From: Malacoraja senta
Taxonomy: Eukaryota
Assembly: GCA_038087875.1 (NCBI GenBank)
Contig: CM075988.1
Coordinates: 4,278,001-4,342,000 of the forward strand
Direction of reading: 5' to 3'
Length of the DNA stretch: 64,000 nucleotides
Made by a program: the position numbers and the translations under genes. Of the stretch, positions 12,116 to 24,155 are shown piece by piece (position 1 is the stretch's first letter; the number at the start of each line of letters is the position of its first letter). The notes beneath the pieces are model-generated. The model saw only the letters and a program-made list of their open reading frames with translations, was not told where the DNA came from and ran no database searches.

Positions 12116-12790
12116 AATTAAGTGCGTAGTTTGCAAGTTTGTTTAAGCCTTGTACTGTAGCAAAGTCCTCCTTGATATTGACTTTCATAAATTTCTTCTG
12201 TTGCTTTGCTTTTGCTACCGCTGATTGTATCCACTTCATCCTTTAGGGGCTCTATTCCCACACTGACTTTCCATTTATTTTTGTTTATGCTGAATATTTC
12301 ATTATTTCATGAATTTGTTTTATGTTTCTTGATCTTCAAATTCCACACTTCTTCTAAGTTCTCCTAATTGTCTTTGATCTCCTTTAATTTCTGTGCATTC
12401 TTCATGGACATGCTCTCTCCTGTTCCGATAATTGGGGAACAATTTATCCTTGTATGTATTTTCTCCCCAATGTCTGTATTCCCTAATTCAACGGGGCCAA
12501 ATTAGTCTTCGGTTTGTGAAGCTCCTTCAATAGAATTTATAGCATAGACTCTGCCAAATGATTTTATGTTTCTTCTTGTTATTTTCATCCCGATTTCCTT
12601 AGCCCTGTTCTTAGTCCTCACAATTATCCCTGCTCTATTTAGGTCAGATAATAAGGTGTCTTTTAGTTTAGTTTAGTTTAGTTTAGTTTAGACATACAGC
12701 ATGGAAACAGGCCCTTTGGCCCACCAAGCCCATGCTGCCCAACAATCACCAATTCACATTATTTCTATGTAATCCCAGTTTCGCATCTTA

Positions 12791-13036
12791 AGGGCCTGGC
12801 CACTTGGGTGCCATTTGCACGTCACGCAGGTGGCGTGCGAAGATGTTGTGAACCCCAAAATCCTGGGGCGCCTCGCGCGACCGCGCGTCACTGCCTACGT
12901 CACAACGCACCGTGCGCGTGTAATGTGCACCATGCGCGCATCACGACGCGCATCATGACGCGCGGGTCTTGCGTCGTGGCGCGTATATGATGTCGCATAA
13001 ATGACGCGCAAATGACGCCCAAGTGGGACAGGCCCT
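12791..13036. mobile_element. Harbinger/PIF-type MITE
   Basis: TIRs AGGGCCTGGCCACTTGGG / CCCAAGTGGGACAGGCCCT; TTA target duplication at 12788-12790 and 13037-13039; CpG-rich interior. Confidence 0.82.
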
Positions 13037-13243
13037 TTATACATTCGGGGCAATTTACAGATATAAATTAACCAACAAACAAACATAGACACAAAATGCT
13101 GGAGTAACTCAACGGGTTAGACTGCATCGCTGAAGAAAAGGAATAGGCCATGTTTCGGGTCGTGTCTGAAGAAGGGTGTCGACCCGAAAGGTTACCTTTT
13201 CACCAGAGATGTTGCCTGACCCGCCGAGTTACTTCAGCATTTT

Positions 13244-14039
13244 CAATTCAATTCAATTCAATTCAATTCAATTCAATTCAATTCAATTCAATTCAATTCA
13301 ATTCAATTCAATTCAATTCAATTCAATTCAATTCAATTCAATTCAATTCAATTTATTTGTCTTTTGGACAAATTTGTCATTTGGACCCCTTGAGGTCCAA
13401 ACGAAATATCGTTTCTGCAGCCATACATTACAAAACGAAGAAGACCCGAGACACAACACAATTTACACATACATCCATCACAGCGCTGTGATGGAAGGCA
13501 AAAAAACGTATCTCTCCACTGCACTCCCCCCCCCCCCGATGTCAGAGTCAAAGTCAAAGCCCCCGGCGGGCGATGGTGATTATCCCGCGGCCATTAAAGC
13601 CACGCCGGGTGATGCAAGGTCGCGCACCGGGTCTTGGTGTTAGAGCCCCGGCGCGCGCCCGCAAAGTCCGGCGGCCATTCCAAGCCGCGCGGGGGGATAA
13701 AGCCCCGCTCCAGGTGCGCTTCAACCCCGCAACTCGGGCGGGAGAAGTCGCCGCTGCGGAAGCCCCGAAAAGCGGTCTCCCACCAGGGACCCGCGGGCTT
13801 ACGGTGTTGCCGTCCGCCAGACCCGCGGTTGTAGCCTCCGAATCTCCGGCGGTCGGGTAGCAGCAGCGCTCCACCACAGCTCCACCCGCTCCGGACTCGG
13901 CCAGCCCCGCGACGGTGAGTAGTCCGCAGCTCCACGGGAGCCCCAGGTCGTTCCTGCTGGAGGCCGCTCCACGTTGCCCAGCCCCAACGACAACGGAGAC
14001 CCGACAAAGAAAAGGTCGGGTCTCCCGTGCAGCGGAAAG
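13244..14039 (-). mobile_element. GC-rich non-coding retroposon, copy B, 5'-truncated, with (TGAAT)n tail
   Basis: Splits a Penelope pLTR; ATTTT duplicated at 13239-13243 and 14040-14044; (CAATT)n array at 13244-13353; homologous to copy A. Confidence 0.8.
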
Positions 14040-14896
14040 ATTTTGTGTCTATCTTCAGTGTAAATCAGCATTTGCAGTTCCTTCCTGCACATTTAACTTA
14101 CAAATCGTCTTTATCCTTTGTAATTCTTAACACTGGCGCTTCTGAAGTGTGATGGATACACATGCTGGATACAAAACCTTCCAATTATAAGACAATCAAG
14201 CAGAGTTATATGGGTTTCTGAGAGGGAAGTTACATTTGGTAAAATGATCAACATACTTTGAGGCTGTAATGAGTGTGCTGGATTAAGGGGAACCAATAGA
14301 CATTGTGCATTCGAGTTTATAAAGACTTTCAATATAATGCAAACTTACTCCATAACTTAGAGCTCATTGGGTTGGGGTTACATAGCGTCATGGAGTCATT
14401 GAATAATACATCACGGAAACAGGTCCTTTGCTCAAACTCATCCATGCAGATCAAAATCCCCATCTAAGCTGCTCCCATTTGCCTCTGTTAAGCCCACATC
14501 CATTCCTATCTATGTATGTGCCCACATTTTGTTTTTACTGTACGTGCCTCAACTACGTTTTGAGGCACATTGTTCCATAATCTTGGCAACTCTAAATGAA
14601 GAAGTTGCCCCTCAGCTCCCTTTAAAATGTTCCCCTCTCACCTTAAACCTAGTGCAGGGAGTGGAGTAATATGGATCACGTGCAAGCAGATGAGATTAGT
14701 TTACAATCATGGTCAGCACAGACATTGTTACAGTTTAGTTTATTGTCACGTGTACTGAGGTACAGTGAAAAGCTTTTGTTGTGTGCTAACCAGGAAAGAC
14801 AATACGTGATTACAATCGACCCATTTACAGTGTATAGATACATAATAAAGGAATAACGTTTAATGCAAGGTAAAGTCAGAAAAGTCTGAAAAAGGA

Positions 14897-15889
14897 TAAT
14901 AATAATAATAATAAAAGATTTTATTTATGGGCGCCTTTCACAAAGTCTCAAGGACACCTTACAAAGTTTAACAAATAGTGTAGAAACATATAAGCGGAAT
15001 GAAATAAATAGCAAAGACATCACCAGAACACAAATTAAAGATAGAATTAAATCCAAAAACAAAAATCAAAAACACAATATGGAAGAGAGATCAGCGGCTG
15101 CTAAAGCGCGCCAACGTCCACTCTCCCTTCCGACCGCCATCTTGGACAAAGACTAACATAGACACTACACATTACACACAAAATCATCCCCCCACAATGA
15201 TTACCACTGTGGGGGAAGGCACAATGTCCAGTCCCCAACCCCAGTTCACCCAAAGTCAGGCCTATTGAGGCCTCCACAGTTGCCTCTACGGAGGCCCGAT
15301 GTTCCTGGCCGTTCTCGACGGGTGGAGTTGCCCCGGCGTCGGGAGAGTCCTCACAGCGGCTGGGACGGATGGAACGGCCGATCTCCTACCGGAGTCCGTG
15401 GCACCTGAAGCCGACAAGGCCGCGCCGATTTGGAGCTCCGAGGCTCCCGATGTTAGAGTCGGCGCCGCCGCCCGCAGCTGGCCGCTCCACAGTCCCGCAG
15501 CCCGGAGGTGTTGAGCTCGGGAACTCCAGCGCATCGATCCAGCGCGGTGACCCAGGCATGGCATCGCCCGCTCTGCTCCGCGATAGCGCTCCAGCGCTGT
15601 GCCGCCACCGAAGCTGAAGGTGCTGGGCAGTCCCCGCAGGAAAACGCTGCTCCAGGCCTGCTGGTACGCCACGAGGACGGGTCGACGGGGCAGCCCGGAG
15701 AAAAAGCTGCCTCACCGACCAGGTAGGGACCTAGAGATAGTTTCCCCCTTACCCCCCCACATTAAAAGTCAAAATTCCCCTAGACATAGACAGGAAACAA
15801 AACAAAACTAAAAACTAAATAAAAAAGTGAATTGAACTGGTTGGTTACTGAACTGGTTAGCAGCCATTCCCCAAGATAGCTCCTCCCAA
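14897..15889 (-). mobile_element. GC-rich non-coding retroposon, copy C, with L2-like tail and (TTA)n end
   Basis: Same architecture (T tract, G run, GGGGAAAC, two hairpins); tail TGTAAGGTGTCCTTGAG...AAAGGCGCCCATAAATAAAATCTTTTATTATT. Confidence 0.72.
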
Positions 15890-15910
15890 GTCCAAGGGTT
15901 ACCAGAGGGT

Positions 15911-18297
15911 CTGTTCCTGTTCTGCACTGTTCTATGTTCTATGTTCTATGTTCCGTATGTTCTATGTTCTATATGTTCCATGTTCCATGTTCCATGTTCC
16001 ATGTTCCATGCTCCATGCTCCATGCTCCATGTTTTATGTATTATGATTTATGTTTTATGTTCCATATGTTCCATATGTTCCATATGTTCCATGTTCCATC
16101 TGTTCTATGTTATATGTTCCAGGTTCTATGTTCTATATGTTCGATATTCTAAGTCATATATTTTCTATGTTCTATGTTCTATATGTTCTATGTTCCATGT
16201 TCTATGTTCTATATGTTCTATATGTTCTTTGATCCATGTCATATGTTCTATATGTTCCATGTTCCATGTTCTATATGTTCTATGTTCTATATGTTCCATG
16301 TTCCATATGTTCCATGTTCCATGTTCTATATGTTCTATGTTCTATATGTTCTATGTTCCATGTTCTATGTTCTATATGTTCTATGCTCTATGCTATGTTT
16401 TATGTTCTATGTTCTATGTTCTATATGTTTATGTTCCGTTCCATGTTCTATGTTCTATGATTGATGTTTCATGTTCCATGTTCCATGTTCTATGATCTAT
16501 GTTATATGTTCTATGTTCCATGTTCTATATGTTATATATGTTCTATGTTCTATGTTCTGTTCTATGTTCTATGTTCTATGTTCTGTTCTATATGTTCTAT
16601 ATTTTCTATGTTCCATGTTCCAGGTTCTATGTTCTATGTTTGATATTCTAAGTCATATATTTTCTATGTTCTATGTTCTATATGTTGCATGTTCCATGTT
16701 CTATGTTCTATGTTCTGTATGTTCCATTCTATGTTCTATATGTTCTATGTTCCATGTTCTATGTTCTATATGTTCTATGTTCCGTGTTCTATGTTCTATA
16801 TGTTCTATGTTCCACGTTCTATGTTCTATGTTCTATGCTCTATGCTATGTTTTATGTTCTATGTTCTATGTTCTATGTGTTTGTGTTCCATGTTCCATGT
16901 TCTATGCTCCATGCTCTATGTTCTATACTCTATGTTATGTTCTATGTTCTATATGTTATGCTCTATGTTGTATGTTCTATGCTCTATACTCTATGTTCTA
17001 TGCTCTGTTCTGTTCTATGTTCCATGTTCCATGTTCCATGTTCCATATTCCATGATCTATGCTCTGTTCTGTGTTCTATGTTCTATACTCTATGTTTTAT
17101 GTTCTATGTTCCATGCTCTATGTTCTAGGTTCTATGTTCTGTGTTCTGTGTTCTGTGTTCTGTGTTCTGTGTTCAGTGTTCAGTGTTCAGTGTTCAGTGT
17201 TCAGTGTTCAGTGTTCAGTGTTCAGTGTTCAGTGTTCAGTGTTCTGTGTTCTGTGTTCTGTGTTCAGTGTTCAGTGTTCAGTGTTCAGTGTTCAGTGTTC
17301 AGTGTTCAGTGTTCAGTGTTCAGTGTTCAGTGTTCAGTGTTCAGTGTTCAGTGTTCAGTGTTCAGTGTTCAGTGTTCAGTGTTCAGTGTTCAGTGTTCTG
17401 TGTTCAGTGTTCAGTGTTCAGTGTTCAGTGTTCAGTGTTCAGTGTTCAGTGTTCAGTGTTCAGTGTTCAGTGTTCAGTGTTCAGTGTTCAGTGTTCAGTG
17501 TTCAGTGTTCTGTGTTCTGTGTTCTGTGTTCTGTGTTCTGTGTTCTGTGTTCTGTGTTCTGTGTTCTGTGTTCTGTGTTCTGTGTTCTGTGTTCTGTGTT
17601 CTGTGTTCTGTGTTCTGTGTTCTGTGTTCTGTGTTCTGTGTTCTGTGTTCTGTGTTCTGTGTTCTGTGTTCTGTGTTCTGTGTTCTGTGTTCTGTGTTCT
17701 GTGTTCTGTGTTCTGTGTTCTGTGTTCTGTGTTCTGTGTTCTGTGTTCTGTGTTCTGTGTTCTGTGTTCTGTGTTCTGTGTTCTGTGTTCTGTGTTCTGT
17801 GTTCTGTGTTCTGTGTTCTGTGTTCTGTGTTCTGTGTTCTGTGTTCTGTGTTCTGTGTTCTGTGTTCTGTGTTCTGTGTTCTGTGTTCTGTGTTCTGTGT
17901 TCTGTGTTCTGTGTTCTGTGTTCTGTGTTCTGTGTTCTGTGTTCTGTGTTCTGTGTTCTGTGTTCTGTGTTCTGTGTTCTGTGTTCTGTGTTCTGTGTTC
18001 TGTGTTCTGTGTTCTGTGTTCTGTGTTCTGTGTTCTGTGTTCTGTGTTCTGTGTTCTGTGTTCTGTGTTCTGTGTTCTGTGTTCTGTGTTCTGTGTTCTG
18101 TGTTCTGTGTTCTGTGTTCTGTGTTCTGTGTTCTGTGTTCTGTGTTCTGTGTTCTGTGTTCTGTGTTCTGTGTTCTGTGTTCTGTGTTCTGTGTTCTGTG
18201 TTCTGTGTTCTGTGTTCTGTGTTCTGTGTTCTGTGTTCTGTGTTCTGTGTTCTGTGTTCTGTGTTCTGTGTTCTGTGTTCTGTGTTCTGTGTTCTTT
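15911..18297. repeat. 7-mer satellite array: degenerate TGTTCTA/TGTTCCA, then mostly (TGTTCAG)n, then pure (TGTTCTG)n
   Basis: Directly visible; unit changes near 17135-17170 and 17505. Confidence 0.97.
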
Positions 18298-18429
18298 GTC
18301 CTCTAAGAATCTTGATAGGGGTCGAGGATTGGCTATCTGCACTTTGACAAACTGTAACTTTGTGAATTAGTGCTAGAGTTTGAGTTTTTTCAAGTCATTG
18401 GCCATGCCAAAGATATACTGTAGCCATGT

Positions 18430-19345
18430 ATAGGAAGGAACTGCAGATGCTGGTTTAAATCGAAGATAGACACAAAATGCTGGAGTAGCTGAACGGGACA
18501 GGCAGCATCTCTGAAGAGAAGGAATGGGTGACGTTTCGGGTCAAGACCCTTTTTCAGACTGATGTCAGGGGAGTGGGTGAGACAAAGATAGAATGTAGTC
18601 GGAGACTGTAAGGCTGGTGGGAGAACTGGGAAGGGGAGGGGATAGAGAGAGAGAGAGAGATAGCAAGGGCTACTTGAAGTTAGAGAAGTCAATGTACATA
18701 CCGCTGGGGTGTAAGCTGCCCAAGTGAATTATGAGGTGCTGTTTCTCCAATTTGGGCTGGGCCTCACTCTGACAATGGAGGAGGCCCAGGACAGAAAGGT
18801 CAGTGTGGGAATGGGAGGAGGAGTTAAAGTGCTGAGCAACTGGGAGATCAGGTAGGTTTAGGCGGACTGAGCGGAGGTGTTCAGCGAAACAATCGCCGAG
18901 CCTGCGCTTGATCTCGCCGATGTACAGAAGTTGACACCTGGAACATAGATACAGTAGATGAGGTTGGAGGAGGTGCAAGTGAACCTCTGCCTCACATGAA
19001 AAGACTGTCGGGGTCCCTGGACAGAGTCGAGGGGGTAGGTAAAGGGACAGGTATTGCATCTCCTGCGGTTGGAGGGGAAAGTACCTGGGAGGAAGTGGTT
19101 TGGGAGGGAAGAGACAAGTTGTCCAGGGAGTTGCAGAGGGAATGGTCTCTGTGGAAAGCAGAAAGGGGTGGAGATGGGAAGATGTGGTCAGTATTGGTAT
19201 CCTGTTGGAGGTGGCAAAAGTGTTGGAGGATTATATGCTGTATGCGACGGCTGATGGGGTGGAAGGAGAGGACAAGGGGGACTCTGTCCTTGTTACGAAT
19301 GGGGGGAGGGTCAGCAAGAGCGGAGCTATGGGATATTGAGGAGAA
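18430..19345 (-). mobile_element. Penelope-like element 3' portion (GIY-YIG endonuclease remnant and pLTR)
   Basis: ORF 18670-19059 reads CSRCQLLYIGEIKRRLGDCFAEHLRSVR...PVAQHFN...LGSLHPSGM; the pLTR has a hammerhead-like core at 18530-18557. Confidence 0.9.
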
Positions 19346-19468
19346 TGTGGCTGTGGTAACTGGTCTGGGTTACTGTAGCCATATTCATTGATGATGCAAT
19401 GACCTGTGGGAAAGCTAGTTGTGAGGAGGACACCGAGTCTGCAGAGAGATATAGATAGGTTCAGTGAA

Positions 19469-19789
19469 ATGCTGTCAGCCACCAGATAAAAGCTGTCCAG
19501 GTCTGTCCTCCCCAGAGGAGCATGGGTGAAGCTCAACAGACTTGGTACTGGAGTTGGGCGTTTCAATGCCAGCATGTGGAGCTGGGGGCTCTGCCAGAGC
19601 TCAGCCTGTGAATGCGGAGCAGAGCAACAGACAGCCAACCATGTCATCTCTGGGTGCCCGCTCTACCACCCACCAAATGGAGCTCGGGGCCTGGCAGATA
19701 TTGACGCAGAGACAACAACCTGGCTGCTCAACACCCGGCTTGAGATCTAACTATTCCTTTGGTTTATGTTTCATTCGCAAGAAGAACAA
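19469..19789 (+). mobile_element. Vingi/Ingi-like LINE 3' end
   Basis: WVKLNRLGTGVGRFNASMWSWGL...CECGAEQQTANHVISGCP zinc motif; GTTCAGTGAA duplicated at 19459-19468 and 19790-19799. Confidence 0.8.
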
Positions 19790-20112
19790 GTTCAGTGAAT
19801 GGTCAAAAACATGACAAGTTATATGTTAGACACAAATTGCTGGAGTAGCTCGGGGGACAGGCATTATCTCTGGAGAGGGCTTGGGTGACATTTTGGGTCA
19901 AGACCATTCTTCATACATTTTGTGTCTATCTTCGGTTTAAACCAGCATCTGCTGTTCCTTCCCACACAAGTAACAAAATATGTTGATAGCAATAGAAGTG
20001 GGCTAATAATCTGGAGTTGAACTAACAATCTGGAGGCTCAAACATAAATGTCACCATGATAGATGTGGAATTCAAGATCAATTAATAGAGTCACTGAAAG
20101 ATACAGCACAGA

Positions 20113-20771
20113 CAGGCACGGAAATCGCTATCAAAATATGGAGGGGACCGGGGGACAGAGGGGACACAATTTCTTGGCGGCCGCGCGCACATGAGCACAC
20201 TCACTCACACACACACGCGCGAGGCTTCGGAGGCTCAATCCAGCGCTAAATCTAGTTCTGCCTGTCTCGCCGGGTTAACCTACAGCCCTGCCTGGACTGA
20301 CGGGACACCAGCGCTGCTTCTCCGCGCTGGCTGTGGGCCTGGGGGCACCGCTCCCGTCTGACTCCCGATGTCTCTGGCCACCCCCGGGCGTGGGGGCACT
20401 CGGGTGGGGACGGGGCGGTTCGGCAGTGATTGCAGCGCCGGAGACCCGGCCGGGATCGATCCTGGCTGTGGATGAGGCGCAGGTCTGTGCCACGTCTCCC
20501 TCATCCAATCACCGCGCTCTATCCTCAGTCCCACCCCCCTCCCCTACTTCGTCCTCTGGAAGACACCTCCATCCTCCAATGATCGTGCTGAATCATCATG
20601 TCCCACCCCCATTGCCTGCTGACCGATGTCTCTCTTGTCCAATCGGCCTCGATCAGCAGGCCCACCCCCACTGTCTCGCGGAAAGCGGAGATTTTACCGG
20701 GTTTTAAAATCCGGATTACAAAATATGGGGGGGACATGTCCCCCCTGCCCCCCCCCAGATTTCCGCCCCTG
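20113..20771. mobile_element. Non-autonomous hAT-like DNA transposon
   Basis: Imperfect 14-bp TIRs CAGGCACGGAAATC / GATTTCCGCCCCTG; CACAGA on both flanks; sub-terminal CAAAATATGG.GGGGAC repeated. Confidence 0.7.
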
Positions 20772-21321
20772 CACAGAAATACTGCGGATGTTTAACACAC
20801 CATGTAACAGTGAGAGTCTGCGGAAAGAAACCTGTAGAGGTAATATATCGAGTAGGGAGGAACTGCAGATGCTGGTTTACACCGATGATAGACACAAAAT
20901 GCTGTAGTAACTCAGCGGGTCAAGCGGCATGTCTGGAGAGAAGAAATAGGTGATGTTTCGGGTACGGAGAAGGGTTCTGACCCGAAACATAACCTATTAT
21001 TTTTTCTCCAGAGATGCTGCCAGACCCGCTGATTTACTCCCGCATTTTGTGTTGATCTTTGAGGTAATGTACAGAGATTTTCGAAAGGCTGGTGCATAAA
21101 TGGTGCGCCCAAGGTACTATTGGTTGGAAGGAATTAATAGTACTTGCTGCACCATTATATGAATGACTTGGTGAAGGGGGGAAGAATGTGAAATGTCCAA
21201 ATCTGCCCATGACATAAGCATGTAATGAGCCTGCAATGTGCTGTAGTTAGATTGTGTCGTTGGACATAAACTTGGTATTGGAATTCAATGTGAGAAATTG
21301 TGAGGTAATGAATTGTGAGCA

Positions 21322-21660
21322 GTATGAATGTTGACTTCTCTAACTTCAAATAACCCTTTCGTTCCCCCTCTCTCTCCATCCCTTCCCTTTCCTAGTTCTC
21401 CGACCAGTCTGACTGTCCCCTGAGTAAATGTTCTATCTGTATGCTTCATTGTCACGTTCTCTTAGCTAACAATGATCTCTTCTACATTTTCCTTGACCTT
21501 CATCCTCTTTGTCGTCTCGTTTTCACACCTTACTCTTCTTATCTCGGTGTCTCCCTCTCCCAGTCTAAATCTGAAGAATGGTCTCGACACAAAATGTTTT
21601 CCATTTCTATCCAGAGATGCTGCCTGTCCCACCTGAGTTACTGCAGCATTTTGTGTCTAG
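21322..21660 (+). mobile_element. Penelope-like 3' end and pLTR fragment, nested in an old CR1 RT remnant
   Basis: ATGAATGTTGACTTCTCTAACTTCAAATAA matches the ORF end at 18670-18700. Confidence 0.75.
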
Positions 21661-22607
21661 GTGAGGTTATGTACTTTGATAGGATGAATCACAGGCAAAT
21701 TATTATCTACATAGAAAGAGACTGCAAATGTGGAATTCAGAGGGGTTCTGTTCTAGTGCCATGGGCGCATAAAGTTAGCAGGCATTTCTAACAAGTAGCT
21801 AGCTGGAAAAACTGCACGTTGACCTTTATTGTGAAGAGGTTGGAGTTTAGATATAGGAATGTCATGTTGTAATTGTACAGTGTTCACAAGTGCTCTCGTT
21901 ATAGGAGATACATGTTGCAGCACCATTTAGTGGTCCCACTATTAAATATCATCTGCTCTTTTATACTTGTTGCCAAAGAAGGTAAGTTCACATTTCTGCT
22001 TTTTTGTTCAGGACATAGGTGGCCCTGGCAAGACTAGCCTTTATTGTCATTTCTTCATAGGCTTTGATCTGGGTTACTAGCTGGGCCATTACAGAGGTAT
22101 ATTGCCAAGGCAGCATCAAATAAAGGCCCAATTAAGTCCTTCCCAAAAGGGATGTGCAGGAAGGAACTGCAGATGCTAGTTTACACCAAAGATAGACACA
22201 CAATGTTGGAGTAACTCAGCAGGGCAGACATCATCTCTGGAGAGAAACATCACCCATTCCTTTGCTCCAGTGATCCTGCAAGAAGGGTCTGCGTGGACCT
22301 GAGCAAGAAACACTTCTGCAGAGACACAAGAAACTGCAGGTTGGAGTCTTGAGTAAAACACAAAGTGCTGGAATAACTCAGCGAGTCAGAAGGCATCTGT
22401 GCAGGGACTCATCAGGTTGACATGAAAGTACAACAGGTGATAATGAAGGCGAAGTGAAGTATTGACGGAAATCCTACTACAGATTTGATGGGACCTAGTT
22501 TGCCACATTTCCATTTCCACCTGGCTCCATCTGTTCATCATCTCTCTACTCACTGATCACTTGCCAGGCCCTGCCTCACTCCTATTTACTTTGGCTACCG
22601 CTCGAGT

Positions 22608-22930
22608 GGCATGGTGGCACATGGTAGAGTTGCCGCCTTACAGCGCCAGAGTCCCGGGTTCGATCCCGACCTATGGGTACAGAGTTTGTACCTTCTCCCT
22701 GTGACCTATGTGGGTTTTATCCGGGTGCTCCGGTTTCATCCCACATTCCAAAGCTGTGCTGGTTTGTAGGGTAATTGGCTTCTGTAAATTGCGCCTAGTG
22801 TGTAAGATAGAACTAGTGTACTAAGATAGAACTGATTGTAGTCGGCACGGACTTGGTGGGCCGAAGGGCCTGTTTCCATGCTGTATCTCTAAACTAAACT
22901 AAACTAAACTAAACTAAACTAAACAACTAA
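22608..22930 (+). mobile_element. HE1-like V-SINE
   Basis: Head, V-domain and (CTAAA)n tail. Confidence 0.85.
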
Positions 22931-22988
22931 ACTCTTCTCTACACTCTCAGTCATGCTGCAGGCTTTTGACAATCCCTCACCCTCTTAA

Positions 22989-23306
22989 AGGCCCTGTCCC
23001 ACTTTCCCGAGTTACTCACGAACTCTCCTGAGTTTCCCCTTGTTTCGAACTCGGAGAATTACGGAAATAGCCATTCATAGGTACTCGGGGCTATTTTTTT
23101 AACTCGTGGACATTTTTCAACATGTTGAAAAAACGTCCCGACTTACCTGATGCCCCGAGTTCCTACGGCTGGCATTACGAGCCGCTAGGAAACATCTACG
23201 GACTCCTACGGCCTCCTACGAGCTCGCTACCGACATTCCCCGAGTTCGAATCAAGGGGAAAACTCGGGAGAGTTTGTGAGTAACTCGGGAATGTGGGACA
23301 GGACCT
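22989..23306. mobile_element. Harbinger/PIF-type MITE with long TIRs
   Basis: AGGCCCTGTCCCACTTTCCCGAGTTACTCACGAACTCTCC and its near-complement at the right end; TAA/TTA flanks. Confidence 0.82.
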
Positions 23307-23865
23307 TTAGATGCTGCCTGACCCGCTGAGTTCCTCCAGCAGATTGTTTATTTTTTGGCACAGACAGCGTTGATCTCCTTGTTTGAGTCCTCTTTGATTG
23401 AAAAATCATCTCAGACCAGGACATTGCCTGGTGAATTTTCTTTGGACAGCCTCCAATCATTCTATGTCCTTTATCAAGTGATCAAACTGTGCACAATAGT
23501 TTGCATATTTTGAATGGAATACAACACGATTGATGAAATAGAGAACTATTTAAAAGTTACTTTGGACATTGAAAAGCAGAAATAAAAGGAACTTGCAAAA
23601 AAAAAAGTTCAGAGCAAAAAATGTTTCTGCATAACATTCACACAGTAACCAACACTGTTGTCTCTTGAGAACAGAGTCTGCCAATGTTAGCCCAGGAGAA
23701 CATCAACATTGACTAATGATTGCTTCTATTGACACTTGTGCACTGAAACTCTATTAAACAACCTAACACACAGCCTTTAGTATAATTAGCTCCTAGTAAC
23801 AAAAATAAACTGAAAACTGTTAAAAAGACCGTTATTTTTGAAGAATCGTGCAGCGGAAGAAATAG

Positions 23866-24155
23866 GGCTGTCGCGGTGGCGCAGCGGTAGAGTTGCTGCC
23901 TTACAGCGAATGCAGCGCCGGAGACCCGGGTTCGTTCTCCCCGTGACCTGCGTGGGTTTCCTCCGAGATCTTCGGTTTCCTCCCACACTCCAAAGACGTA
24001 CAGGTTTGTAGGCTAATTGGTTTGGTAAATGTAACAATTGTCCCTAGTGGGTGTAGGATAATGTTAATGTGCGGGGATCGCTGGTCGGTGCAGACCCGGT
24101 GGGTCGAAGGGCCTGTTTCCACGCTGAATCTCTAAACTAAACTAAACTAAACTAA
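23866..24155 (+). mobile_element. HE1-like V-SINE with internal deletion
   Basis: Head, V-domain and (CTAAA)n tail. Confidence 0.85.

Noticed and set aside
12180..12660. Coding-like purine bias on the minus strand
   Set aside because: Contains stops, and part resembles an ancient CR1 ORF2 stretch (VSVGIEPLKDE).
15934..18370. Long ORFs of up to 552 aa (CSVFCVL and NTEHRTQ repeats)
   Set aside because: Artefacts of a stop-free 7-mer satellite.
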